From: an uncultured delta proteobacterium
GTDB lineage: Bacteria > Desulfobacterota > BSN033 > UBA1163
Direction: 5' to 3'
Length of the DNA: 64,000 bases
Assembly: GCA_963827685.1 (NCBI GenBank)
Contig: CAWHBU010000003.1
Coordinates: forward strand, 672,001 to 736,000
Made by a program: the position numbers and the translations under genes. How positions within the stretch are numbered: position 1 is the stretch's first letter; every line of letters begins with the position of its first letter. Shown in pieces: positions 30,063 to 40,006 of the stretch. Below the pieces are notes generated by a model. The model worked only from the letters and a program-made list of their open reading frames with translations. It made no database searches and was not told the origin of the DNA.

Positions 30063-30790
30063 GCGAGACAGAGTTTCTCTGCCAATTGTTTTCCAGTGGC
30101 GGTCCTAAAGACTCTATCGATCAACTCCTCAACTTTTTTTCGGTCTTTTGAAATTCCTTCTTCTTCAATATTGACTAACCAATCTGCTTCATAGAGAACC
30201 TGGAAGTTTAGTGTCTCATCTTCTCTCGGGCTGTGATGATGACCAATGATGTCACAGATCTCTTCAACCATTTCCTTCTGGATATTTAGTCTTTCTAAAA
30301 TCTCCTTGGCAATAGCGGGCCCCTCCATCTCCTGATAATGGCCCGAATGGCTTCCATATTTCCTCTCCGCTTCATGGATCCCAATATTATGAAGATAAGC
30401 GGCCCCCATCACCACCAGAGGATCTCCACCCTCCATCTTCAAGATCTGTTCCGCATGCTTGGCAACTTTGATGGCATGATGGGTCCGTCTAAAATCGGTC
30501 CCAAAATATTTTTTCATTTCCAGAGCGATTCGTTCCCTTAATAAATCCTTCTGCTCTGCTTTTTGCTTTTCCTTTACCTCTTCGGGCACTGTGCCGACAC
30601 ACTGTTCGGCATACGGACACCACTGGGCACAACCAAAATCCAATTTAGGGTTGACGATTTCGTGGCCACAGCGACACCTACGCCTGACCTCATCTTTAAA
30701 GAACTCAACCCTCCTCCCGCATTTTGGACATTGGGTGTCGAAAATATCGCCTGGTTTCCAAAATCTCATATCCTGCCCTGGACACTTCAC
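30059..30790 (-). CDS. HD-domain phosphohydrolase with N-terminal Cys-rich domain
   Basis: MKCPGQD..CPKC..CRC..CAQWCPYAEQC; HA..V, LHNIG, GHHH, EADW. Confidence 0.85.
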   Translation of the reverse strand: MKCPGQDMRFWKPGDIFDTQCPKCGRRVEFFKDEVRRRCRCGHEIVNPKLDFGCAQWCPYAEQCVGTVPEEVKEKQKAEQKDLLRERIALEMKKYFGTDFRRTHHAIKVAKHAEQILKMEGGDPLVVMGAAYLHNIGIHEAERKYGSHSGHYQEMEGPAIAKEILERLNIQKEMVEEICDIIGHHHSPREDETLNFQVLYEADWLVNIEEEGISKDRKKVEELIDRVFRTATGKQLAEKLCLA

Positions 30791-30842
30791 CTTTTTTCTC
30801 CTTTTCTAAATTCTATTATTCTACGATAGATGAGAAATTTCA

Positions 30843-30856
30843 TTGACTTATGTCAA
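30843..30856. promoter_or_regulatory. Palindromic FNR/CRP-like operator
   Basis: TTGAC-TTAT-GTCAA upstream of the HD gene. Confidence 0.4.
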
Positions 30857-31151
30857 AAATGGATTTGACTTTGCTTCCTTTGGAACTCTAATAAGATGAA
30901 CGGCAAGGCTCTACGATCATATCAGGTGAGAAAGACTACCCTGAAATGAAGCGGAGATGTTTCAAGTTCCTGATACGACTGATAGAACGAAGGGATTGGA
31001 GTTTGGTCAGTAGAACGTAAAAGCCTCATCGAACATCGATCAAGATTCCGTGACTTTTTTCTCTTGCAAAATCCTTAATCATGTGTTACCTGAATAAAAT
31101 TCGCATATTTCTATCCAAAGGAGGAAAAATGGGAAAGAAACGGAGGGCTCG

Positions 31152-31949
31152 ATGTCCGCGGTAACGATGAAGGAGCTTCTTGAGGCCGGGGTTCATTTCG
31201 GCCATGAGACGAAACGTTGGGACCCCAAGATGAAACCCTATATCTTTGGGGCAAGGAATGGAATATATATCATTGATCTCCAGAAGACTGCCCAACTCTT
31301 CAAGGAAGCGTATCAATTCGTTCGGGATATCGTGGCCAAAGGGGAATATATCCTCTTTGTCGGAACGAAGAAGCAGGCCCAGGAAACGATTTCTGAGCAG
31401 GCCAACCGCTGTGGAATGTTTTATGTGAATCATCGCTGGCTGGGAGGAATGCTGACCAATTTCCTGACGATTAAGCGATCCATTGATCGATTGAATAAAC
31501 TGGAAGCAATGAAGAATGAAGAGATATACAATCTCCTCCCGAAAAAAGAAGTCTTGGAATTGGAGAAAGAGAGGAGTCGGTTGGAGAAATCTCTGGGGGG
31601 CATCAAAAAGATGGATCGACTTCCTGGGACCATCTTCGTCGTGGATCCCAAAAAGGAAAGGATTGCCGTGAGGGAGGCTCGAAAAATTGGGATCCCCTCC
31701 ATCGGCATCGTCGATACCAATTGCAATCCCGAAGAGCTGGATTACATCATCCCAGGAAATGATGATGCGATCCGAGCGATCCAACTGTTCGCCACTAAAA
31801 TTGCGGATGCGGTCGTTGAGGGAAAACAGATTTATGAAAAACAACTCCAGACGGAGGGAGCTAAAGAAGAAAAAGAGAGGGCAGAAAAAGGAGAGCCCCA
31901 AAAAGAGATACAGGTAGAGGAAGTGGTCGAGAGAGTGGAGGAGGAATAA
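31152..31949 (+). CDS. rpsB: 30S ribosomal protein S2
   Basis: [29 protein letters not shown]. Confidence 0.98.
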   Translation: MSAVTMKELLEAGVHFGHETKRWDPKMKPYIFGARNGIYIIDLQKTAQLFKEAYQFVRDIVAKGEYILFVGTKKQAQETISEQANRCGMFYVNHRWLGGMLTNFLTIKRSIDRLNKLEAMKNEEIYNLLPKKEVLELEKERSRLEKSLGGIKKMDRLPGTIFVVDPKKERIAVREARKIGIPSIGIVDTNCNPEELDYIIPGNDDAIRAIQLFATKIADAVVEGKQIYEKQLQTEGAKEEKERAEKGEPQKEIQVEEVVERVEEE

Positions 31950-31955
31950 GGTTGA

Positions 31956-32561
31956 ATGGAAATTTCTATTGAATTGGTAAAAGACTTAAGACAGAGGACG
32001 GGGGCCGGGGTAATTGACTGCAAGGCAGCCCTTCAAGAAGCCCAAGGAAATATAGAAGCAGCGATCGATTACCTCCGGCGGAAAGGATTGGCCACTGCTG
32101 CGAAGAAGGCAGGCCGAATTGCGACCGACGGCCTGGTCTCCTCATACATCCATGCCGGAGGGAAGATGGGAGTGCTGGTCGAGATCAACTGCGAAACCGA
32201 TTTTGTCGCAAAGACGGAAGATTTTCAAACCTTCGTTAAAAATATCGCCATGCATATCGCTGCTGCCAACCCTCAATATATCCGGAGGGAAGAAATCCCC
32301 GCAGAGGTGTTGGAAAGAGAGCGGGCAATCTATCGAACGCAAGCCCTGGATTCAGGAAAACCTCAAAAAGTAATCGATAAAATTGTCGAAGGGAAAATGG
32401 AGAGGTTCTATTCTGAGGTTTGCCTCTTGGAACAGACCTACGTCAGGGACTCCGATCTCACGATCAAGGAATTCCTGGACGCCATGATTGCCAGGGTCGG
32501 GGAGAACATTACGATCCGTCGGTTTGCAAGATTTCAACTGGGTGAGGGATTATCCTCTTAA
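31956..32561 (+). CDS. tsf: Elongation factor Ts (short form)
   Basis: VKDLRQRTGAG, EINCETDFVA. Confidence 0.97.
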   Translation: MEISIELVKDLRQRTGAGVIDCKAALQEAQGNIEAAIDYLRRKGLATAAKKAGRIATDGLVSSYIHAGGKMGVLVEINCETDFVAKTEDFQTFVKNIAMHIAAANPQYIRREEIPAEVLERERAIYRTQALDSGKPQKVIDKIVEGKMERFYSEVCLLEQTYVRDSDLTIKEFLDAMIARVGENITIRRFARFQLGEGLSS

Positions 32562-32595
32562 TCATTAACGACAGCCTCTTCTTCGGTGAAGTAGA

Positions 32596-32688
32596 CCCCG
32601 TTAGAAATTCCAGCTGGGTATTAGACCCTACCGGAATGATTTAAAAGTTAACCCCGCCGAAGTCAGTGGGGCATGATTTCTAACGGGG
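32596..32688. mobile_element. MITE copy 3
   Basis: Same terminal inverted repeats; TAGA direct repeats; interrupts a hairpin after tsf. Confidence 0.75.
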
Positions 32689-32890
32689 TAGAGGAAGTTG
32701 TCTTCCCCGAAATATCCGGACTGGGCAGGGAAGAATCCATTGACTCATTCGGCGGCGCCAAGACTTCGGCGTGAGCTCAGTCGAACGCCCTGCTTTTGAA
32801 GGGGGTTAAGAAACACTGCTCAGGGTCAACCTTGAGCCCTTGGCCTTTTGGCCGAGGAGCCGAAGGGTTAACCTAAACGCTTGTTCCTCC

Positions 32891-33607
32891 ATGAAAAGAC
32901 CCCAATATAAAAGGATCCTCTTAAAACTGAGCGGTGAGGTGTTAACGGGTGAGAGAGGTTTTGGAATTGATCCTGTTGTGATCCAGAAGATTGCTCAAGA
33001 GATCAAAGAAGTAAAAAATCTGAGGGTGGAGGTAGCCATTGTCATTGGCGGAGGCAATATCTTTCGGGGAATGGCAGCCAGTGCAAAAGGAATGGACAGA
33101 GCCTCCGCAGATTATATGGGGATGCTGGCCACCGTGATGAACGGCATTGCTCTTCAGGATGCTCTCGAAAAGATCGATGTTCAGACCCGAGTCCAAACAG
33201 CCATTGAAATGCGGGAGGTCGCTGAACCCTACATTCGAAGAAGAGCCATTCGCCATCTGGAAAAAGGCCGGGTGGTCATCTTCGCCGGAGGGACGGGAAA
33301 CCCTTATTTCACCACCGATACCACCGCTTCCCTCCGAGCCATGGAAATTGAAGCAGACGTTATTCTCAAGGCCACCAAGGTCGATGGCGTCTATGATGCA
33401 GATCCACTGCTCCACAAGCATGCCCATAAATATCGTGAACTCACCTATCTCGACGTCCTCAAGAAACAATTAAAGGTCATGGATGCAACGGCGATTTCTC
33501 TCTGCATGGACCATCAGATTCCTATCATCGTCTTCAATTTAAAGCGAAAGGGAAATGTCAAACGGGTTGTTTTGGGAGAAAGAATAGGAACGAAAGTGAG
33601 GGGATGA
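32891..33607 (+). CDS. pyrH: UMP kinase
   Basis: [33 protein letters not shown]. Confidence 0.97.
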   Translation: MKRPQYKRILLKLSGEVLTGERGFGIDPVVIQKIAQEIKEVKNLRVEVAIVIGGGNIFRGMAASAKGMDRASADYMGMLATVMNGIALQDALEKIDVQTRVQTAIEMREVAEPYIRRRAIRHLEKGRVVIFAGGTGNPYFTTDTTASLRAMEIEADVILKATKVDGVYDADPLLHKHAHKYRELTYLDVLKKQLKVMDATAISLCMDHQIPIIVFNLKRKGNVKRVVLGERIGTKVRG

Positions 33608-33610
33608 ATC

Positions 33611-34170
33611 ATGGATGAGAAGACTTATACAGAAACTGTCGCCAAGATGGAAAAGACCCTCTCCTCCCTCAAGACAGATTTGAATAAGATCAGGACGGGC
33701 AGAGCTTCCCTCGCCCTCTTCGATGATATCCGAGTGGACTACTACGGGACGCCGACCCCTCTCAACCAGATGGCCACCTTGTCCGTCCCCGAGCCAGACT
33801 GATCACCATTCAACCCTGGGATACCTCCGCCATTGGCGAAATTGAAAAGGCCATCCTCAAATCAGAACTCGGGGTAACCCCTGCGAGTGACGGGAAGATC
33901 ATCCGCATCAATATCCCACGATTGACAGAGGAACGTCGTAAGGAACTGGTTAAGGTGGTAAAAAAGATGGCCGAAGGGGCAAAAGTGGCGATTCGAAATA
34001 TCCGAAGAGAGGCAAATGACCAGTTGAAAGGATTGGAGAAAAATAAAAAGATTTCTCAGGACCAACTTCACCAGTGGATGGATAAGGTACAAAAATCCAC
34101 GGATCAATTTATTGAGAAAGTGGATGGTGTTCTTGCCGCCAAGGAGAAAGAAATTTTAGAAATCTCTTAA
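33611..34170 (+). CDS. frr: Ribosome recycling factor with a 1-nt frameshift near 33795
   Basis: IRTGRAS...VDYYG...VPE, then in another frame RLITIQPWD...[11 protein letters not shown]...KEKEI. Confidence 0.9.
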
Positions 34171-34190
34171 CCTCAAAGGGGGTGATGCCA

Positions 34191-34358
34191 GTGGCTTATG
34201 TCATTACGGAAGAATGTGTGGCCTGCGGGACCTGTGCAGAAGAATGTCCTGCTGAAGCCATTGATGAAGGGGAACCCTATGCCATCAACGAAGAGAAATG
34301 TACCGAATGTGGAAGCTGTTTTGAGGTATGCCCCGTTGAAGCGATTGTCGAAAAATGA
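34191..34358 (+). CDS. 2[4Fe-4S] ferredoxin
   Basis: Not in ORF track (55 aa): MAYVITEECVACGTCAEECPAEAI...CTECGSCFEVCPVEAIVEK. Confidence 0.93.
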   Translation: MAYVITEECVACGTCAEECPAEAIDEGEPYAINEEKCTECGSCFEVCPVEAIVEK

Positions 34359-34555
34359 GACTGAAGGGGGAAGAGGAATCCTTCTGAACATCTTCCCCTT
34401 TTTCCCCTCCTAAGATCTTCCCTTTCTGCTGACCCTTTTCTTCATGAATCATGGATTGAAAAACAGTATCTGATATGCTAATTTAAAAAATAATTGACCT
34501 GAGAACTCGTTTACTAAGAACCTCACGTCTCGGTCTCCAAAAGGGCCTGTCAATC

Positions 34556-35299
34556 GTGACAGAAATCGATAAAGAAAAACTTCCCCATCATATCGCCATC
34601 ATTATGGATGGAAATGGTCGCTGGGCCAAAAAGAAGCTCCTGAACCGGATCAGCGGCCACATCAAAGGAGTCAATGCCGTCAGGGAGGTTGTCACGGCTT
34701 GCCGGGAATTGGGGATCAAGGTATTAACCCTCTACGCCTTCTCGATGGAGAATTGGAGGAGGCCTGCGGAGGAGGTCAATGCCTTGATGGGATTGCTAAA
34801 GGAATATCTTCAGAAAGAATGTGCGGAGATGGTTCAGAATAATATCCGACTCAATGTCATCGGTCGCGTTGAAGATCTTCCTCTTGACGTCCAAACGACC
34901 TTGCAAGAGACGAAGAAAAAGACCGAACACTGCGACGGGATGATTCTCAATTTAGCATTGAGTTATGGCGGTCGTTCCGAAATCCTTCACGCTGTTCAAG
35001 GAATCATCTCCGATCTCCCAAAGGGCAAGATCAAACCGGAGGACATTACGATTCAACGGTTTTCTCAATACCTCTGGACTCATGGGATACCTGATCCGGA
35101 CCTTCTCATCCGGACCAGTGGTGAATTCCGCATTTCCAACTTCCTTCTTTGGCAGATCGCCTACACAGAGTTATATGTCACCGACACCCTGTGGCCGGAT
35201 TTCGATCGAAAAGAACTCCTGAAGGCCATCTCCGATTATCAGTCCAGAGAGAGAAGGTTCGGTCTGACCAGTGAACAACTGAATGGAAGAGAAGAATAA
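34556..35299 (+). CDS. uppS: Undecaprenyl diphosphate synthase
   Basis: HIAIIMDGNGRWA, FSMENWRRP, RTSGEFRISNF. Confidence 0.97.
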   Translation: MTEIDKEKLPHHIAIIMDGNGRWAKKKLLNRISGHIKGVNAVREVVTACRELGIKVLTLYAFSMENWRRPAEEVNALMGLLKEYLQKECAEMVQNNIRLNVIGRVEDLPLDVQTTLQETKKKTEHCDGMILNLALSYGGRSEILHAVQGIISDLPKGKIKPEDITIQRFSQYLWTHGIPDPDLLIRTSGEFRISNFLLWQIAYTELYVTDTLWPDFDRKELLKAISDYQSRERRFGLTSEQLNGREE

Positions 35300-35370
35300 T
35301 TGAATAATAAGTTATGAATTATAAGTTAAGAGTTTAGAGTTCGAAGATCTAAAAAGATAAACTCTGAACT

Positions 35371-35405
35371 CCTGCCTGCGCGTAGCCGCTTCGGCGAAGG
35401 CAGGC
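35371..35405. repeat. 35-bp palindromic element; inverted copy at 39821-39855
   Basis: CCTGCCTGCGCGTAGCCGCTTCGGCGAAGGCAGGC versus CCTGCCTTCGCCGAAGCGGCTTCGCGCAGGCAGGC. Confidence 0.7.
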
Positions 35406-35440
35406 CGAACTAATTACTCCGAACTATTCAAAGGGGTGGT

Positions 35441-36259
35441 ATGGGAAAAATAGAAAAGAGGAAGGTATGGATGGCGTTGATCATGATTCCTCCCATCATC
35501 CTTTTAATCGTCCTGGGACATCCTGCTTTTCTCCACCTCATGGTGTTTCTGGCCACTTTTTTCGGACTCCGTGAGTATTACAACCTTGTCCTTCCTGACT
35601 CCAAATGGATCGAACGTGCAGTAGGCATCGGGTTAGGATTGGTCCTTTCGATCATCGTTTCATTCGGGGAGATGAAAGAAATTTCTCCGTTCTTCGTCAT
35701 CGTACTTCTGATTCTTTCTCTCCTCTTCATGGTCACCTCAAAGGATCTTTCTTCGACGATCTCGAATATGGGGATGGCCCTCTTTGGAATCCTCTTTATC
35801 GGATTTCTTCTCGCTTATGTCTCGCTCGTTCGAAACATGACGAATGGAAGGCTATGGGTTCTTTTTCTCATCATAACGGTCTGGGCCGGGGACATCTCTG
35901 CCCTGCTGAGCGGCTCCTTCTTCGGAAGGCACAAACTCTATCCCAAGATTAGTCCGAAAAAAACTGTTGAAGGATTGGTCGGAGCGATCGTCGGCTCGAT
36001 CATTGTGGCACTCGCCTTTGCCCTGTTGTTCATCCCAAATTTGCAAAAGAGATCCTGTATCCTTCTGGCCATCGGCTTAGGGATTTTCGGGCAATTGGGA
36101 GATTTTACGGAGTCGATGTTGAAGCGAAGTGCTCAGGTAAAGGATTCCGGTGCTCTTATTCCAGGCCATGGAGGCATGTTGGATCGGTTAGATAGTTTTC
36201 TCTTCTCCGCCCCTTTTCTTCACTACGCCCTCCTCTATTTCTTGAAGGAGATCCCATGA
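35441..36259 (+). CDS. cdsA: Phosphatidate cytidylyltransferase
   Basis: ISPKKTVEG, GDFTESMLKR, KDSGALIPGHGGMLDRLDS. Confidence 0.96.
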   Translation: MGKIEKRKVWMALIMIPPIILLIVLGHPAFLHLMVFLATFFGLREYYNLVLPDSKWIERAVGIGLGLVLSIIVSFGEMKEISPFFVIVLLILSLLFMVTSKDLSSTISNMGMALFGILFIGFLLAYVSLVRNMTNGRLWVLFLIITVWAGDISALLSGSFFGRHKLYPKISPKKTVEGLVGAIVGSIIVALAFALLFIPNLQKRSCILLAIGLGIFGQLGDFTESMLKRSAQVKDSGALIPGHGGMLDRLDSFLFSAPFLHYALLYFLKEIP

Positions 36260-37419
36260 GGCGTCTGTCCGTCCTCGGCTCAACAGGTTCGATTGGGGTC
36301 AATACCCTCCGCATCGTCAGTCAATTTCCGGAACGATTTGAGGTGGTCAGCCTTTCTGCCGGTCTCAATACGCAGCTTCTCAAACAGCAAATTCTCCAGT
36401 TTCGACCGAAGATCGTCTCCGTTCTCAATAAAGAATTGTCAGAGGCCCTCCGGAGGGAACTTCCTAACGTATCCGTTGAAATCGTCCATGGGGTAGAGGG
36501 GCTCATTCAAGTAGCCACTCATCCAGAAGTCGATCAGGTCGTTTCGGCGATCGTGGGGGCGGTCGGTCTCATCCCTACCCTTTCCGCCATCAAGACCGGA
36601 AAAAGCATTGCCCTGGCCAACAAAGAATCGTTGGTCATGGCAGGAAAGATTCTGATGGAAGAGGCAAAGCGGAATCAGGTTCAGATTCTACCGGTGGACA
36701 GTGAACACAGCGCCATCTTCCAGGCATTGCTCGGCCACCAAAGGGGAGATGTCCATCGCCTTATCCTCACTGCATCGGGAGGACCTTTCCGGAACCTCCC
36801 CCTTTCCAGACTTCACGATGTCACCGTAAGAGAAGCCCTCAACCACCCTCACTGGGAGATGGGAAAGAAGATCACCATCGACTCTGCGTCACTGATGAAC
36901 AAAGGATTGGAGGTCATCGAGGCTCACTGGCTTTTCGATATCCCGATTGAAAAGATCGTTGTCCTCATCCATCCGCAGAGCGTCGTTCATTCGATGGTTG
37001 AATATGTCGATGGCTCGATTGTCGCCCAGATGGGGATTGCAGATATGAAGATCCCGATCTCCTATGCCCTTTCCTTCCCTGAGCGGCTCAATCTGAACTT
37101 ACCTCCTCTGGACCTTTCAAAAAGTGAAGCCCTTACTTTTTCCCCTCCTGATTCAGAAAGGTTTCCTTGTCTCAAATTGGCCTACCAATCGATCGAGATC
37201 GGAGAGACCATGCCCGCCGTCCTCAATGCGGTCAATGAAGTGGCAGTCAATGCCTTCATGGATGGGGCGATTCGATTTACGCAGATGCCTCTTCTTATCC
37301 AGCAGGTGATGGAAAGCCATGAAGTAAAACCTGTCCATACGGTCGAAGACATCCTGAGAGCCGATCAATGGGCCAGGGAAAAAACAAAAGCTCTCTTAGG
37401 AGGAAGAAAAACGTGTTAA
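36256..37419 (+). CDS. dxr: 1-deoxy-D-xylulose-5-phosphate reductoisomerase
   Basis: LGSTGSIG, LANKESLV, PVDSEH, NKGLEVIEAH. Confidence 0.97.
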   Translation: MRRLSVLGSTGSIGVNTLRIVSQFPERFEVVSLSAGLNTQLLKQQILQFRPKIVSVLNKELSEALRRELPNVSVEIVHGVEGLIQVATHPEVDQVVSAIVGAVGLIPTLSAIKTGKSIALANKESLVMAGKILMEEAKRNQVQILPVDSEHSAIFQALLGHQRGDVHRLILTASGGPFRNLPLSRLHDVTVREALNHPHWEMGKKITIDSASLMNKGLEVIEAHWLFDIPIEKIVVLIHPQSVVHSMVEYVDGSIVAQMGIADMKIPISYALSFPERLNLNLPPLDLSKSEALTFSPPDSERFPCLKLAYQSIEIGETMPAVLNAVNEVAVNAFMDGAIRFTQMPLLIQQVMESHEVKPVHTVEDILRADQWAREKTKALLGGRKTC

Positions 37420-38507
37420 TCACCATTGTTGCAACAGTGATCGTTTTGGGAATTCTCGTCTTTGTCCATGAGCTGGGCCATTTTTTGCTGGCAAAGAAGT
37501 TAGGAGTGAAAGTTCTAAAATTCTCCCTGGGTTTTGGACCTAAGCTCATTGGAAAGAAAATCGGAGAAACAGAATACCAAGTTGCCGTCTTTCCCTTAGG
37601 AGGATTTGTAAAACTTCTTGGGGAAGACCCACATGAAGAACTCAAAGAAGAGGACCGTGGCCGTTCCCTCTGGGTACAGCCGATTTGGAGACGACTATTC
37701 ATCTTCTGCGCAGGATCTTTTTTCAATCTCTTTCTCGCGATCGTCCTCTTTTCAAGTGTTAACCTATTTAAAGGTGTTGCCCCTGTCCCAACAATCCCCC
37801 CAAAAGTAGGGGAAATCAGTGCTGGTTTACCTGCAGAAAAGGCAGGGCTCAGAAAGGGAGATCTCATCCTTTCAATCAATGGTAAAAATATTTCAAAATG
37901 GGAAGAATTGCATGAAATCATAAGCTTTAGCAAAGGAAAAGAGCTCTCACTTAAAATAGACCGTGATGGTGAAATTCACGAATTGCGAGTGACTCCAATC
38001 ACTGTCTCGGAAGAAACAATTTTCGGTGAAAAAATCCAATCCTTTAGAATCGGGATAGTACCTCCCCGTGTAAATGTCGAGATCAAGAGGGTTGGCCCGT
38101 TAACAGCCATAGGCTATGGATTTTCTCAAACCTGGCAGACCATCGAGTTTTTTATGATTGGGATTGTAAAAATTATCCAAAGAGTGATCCCGGCAAACCA
38201 GATAGGCAGTGTTATCATGATCGCTAAGCTAACGGGTGAACAAGCCAAAAAAGGAATTGTAGACCTGGCCCTGTTGACCGCTCTTATCAGTATTAATCTT
38301 GGCATTATCAACTTGTTTCCCATACCCGTTCTTGATGGTGGACACCTTCTCTTTTTAGGATTAGAGGCGATTTTGCGAAGACCTATTAGCCTTCGGAAGA
38401 TGGAAATCGCCCAACAAATCGGATTAATTTTTCTCATACTCCTGATGCTCTTTGCCTTCCGCAATGACATGATCCGTTATTTTTTCCCGGGTGGGTTTAA
38501 ATTCTGA
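37413..38507 (+). CDS. rseP: RIP metalloprotease RseP
   Basis: HELGH, PDZ domain, NLFPIPVLDGG; GTG start after AGGAGG. Confidence 0.95.
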   Translation: MLITIVATVIVLGILVFVHELGHFLLAKKLGVKVLKFSLGFGPKLIGKKIGETEYQVAVFPLGGFVKLLGEDPHEELKEEDRGRSLWVQPIWRRLFIFCAGSFFNLFLAIVLFSSVNLFKGVAPVPTIPPKVGEISAGLPAEKAGLRKGDLILSINGKNISKWEELHEIISFSKGKELSLKIDRDGEIHELRVTPITVSEETIFGEKIQSFRIGIVPPRVNVEIKRVGPLTAIGYGFSQTWQTIEFFMIGIVKIIQRVIPANQIGSVIMIAKLTGEQAKKGIVDLALLTALISINLGIINLFPIPVLDGGHLLFLGLEAILRRPISLRKMEIAQQIGLIFLILLMLFAFRNDMIRYFFPGGFKF

Positions 38508-38620
38508 GATATGAATCCAGGATTCAGGAATTGGGGAATTGGGGATTTGGGAATTTGGGAATTTGGGAATTTTGGGATTACCAATTCCTCAATCCCTAAA
38601 TTCTAAATTTGGTGAAAAGT

Positions 38621-39319
38621 ATGAAAGTCCTGGGCATTGATACCTGCACATCCTGTGAAAGCGTGGGATTGATTGATGACGGAGAAGTCATCTCCGATTA
38701 CCTCCTCAATATCCCGGTGACCCATTCTGAAAGACTCCTCGGTGCAGTCGAATTTGTTCTCAGAGAAGCTTGTTGTCCTATTGGAAACATAGACGGATGG
38801 GCAATTGCCCTCGGCCCGGGCTCCTTTACAGGTTTGAGAATCGGAGTGGGCACTGTGAAAGGCCTGGCCTTTGCCACCGGAAAACCTGTGGCAGGTGTCT
38901 CCATCCTTGACGTCTTAGCTTCTCAGATCGCTCCCACCCCGCACCTCATCTGTCCGATCCTCGATGCCAGGAAAAGCGAAGTCTATACCGCTTTTTATCG
39001 TTATGAGAAAGGGACTTTCCTCAGGCGACAATCGGATTATCAGGCTATTCGGCCTGAAGATCTTGTCAAAAAGATTACGGAACCAACAATCTTCCTCGGT
39101 GACGGAGTAAAAACCTATGGGGACTTTCTCCTAAATTCCCTCCCCTCTTCGGCCATCTTCCCACCTGCTCCCCTCCATGTTTCCCATGGCTCAATGGTGG
39201 CAAAATTGGGGTTTGAGCTTCTTAGCAAAGGGGAGCACTTGAACCTTTCAACTTTTTCCCCTATCTATATCCGGCCTTCAGAAGCTGAGATGAAATGGCG
39301 GCAAACACATTCTGATTGA
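38621..39319 (+). CDS. tsaB: tRNA t6A modification protein TsaB
   Basis: LGIDT, HSERL, GPGSFTGLRIG, DARKSEVY, PIYIR. Confidence 0.95.
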   Translation: MKVLGIDTCTSCESVGLIDDGEVISDYLLNIPVTHSERLLGAVEFVLREACCPIGNIDGWAIALGPGSFTGLRIGVGTVKGLAFATGKPVAGVSILDVLASQIAPTPHLICPILDARKSEVYTAFYRYEKGTFLRRQSDYQAIRPEDLVKKITEPTIFLGDGVKTYGDFLLNSLPSSAIFPPAPLHVSHGSMVAKLGFELLSKGEHLNLSTFSPIYIRPSEAEMKWRQTHSD

Positions 39320-39573
39320 CCATAATCCGTAATCAAAATTAAAAACCTTAGGGATATCCCTGTCATACTGAAATTTTTCAGCATCTCTCATTTTCGATAA
39401 CCCATAGATCCTGGCACGAAGTGATGAACGAATGTGAATCAACGAGCCTGATCTTCATCAGGCCAAGGTTCAGGATGACGATTACGGATTATAGATTGAC
39501 AAACAGCCTGGATTATATTAGTCTTTTTTGTTAAGCGGTCTGTTATTACAACGTTTTTCTATCGGGGGCTGAG

Positions 39574-39792
39574 ATGATGACCAAAGAGGAGGTATTGATC
39601 GAAAGACTGATGAGAGAAAATGAGGAATTTTCGAAGGTCAAGCAAGCACATAGCCAGCTTGCGAAACAATTGGAGGAATTGGAAAAGAAGCCCTTTCTCA
39701 CCCCTCAGGATGAGACGGAGATAAAAATCATCAAGAAGAGAAAATTGGCACTTAAGGACCAGATGGAAAAAATTCTGGTGCAATACCGATGA
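39574..39792 (+). CDS. DUF465/YdcH family protein
   Basis: H..L...LEEL...KKRKLALKDQM. Confidence 0.8.
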   Translation: MMTKEEVLIERLMRENEEFSKVKQAHSQLAKQLEELEKKPFLTPQDETEIKIIKKRKLALKDQMEKILVQYR

Positions 39793-40006
39793 GTAAAAAT
39801 CAATGTCAAAGTTCAAAATCCCTGCCTTCGCCGAAGCGGCTTCGCGCAGGCAGGCAATTGCCAAATGAATGCCAAAATCCAGGCTAATGTTAAGGCTTAG
39901 AATCTAGTCTTTTTAGCTTTAACCTTAACTTCAGTCTTAACCTTTATTTTAAGATTTGGAATTTGGCATCCATTTTGCTTCTCAACACTAAAAATCTACG
40001 GTTTTT

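Noticed and set aside
31086-31901. 271-aa minus-strand ORF and similar long antisense ORFs (2645-3247, 26162-26836, 37295-37933)
   Set aside because: Shadows of well-supported genes on the opposite strand.
38527-38610. Tandem GAATTGGG-like repeats as a CRISPR array
   Set aside because: Units are 8 nt with no unique spacers, and no cas genes are present.
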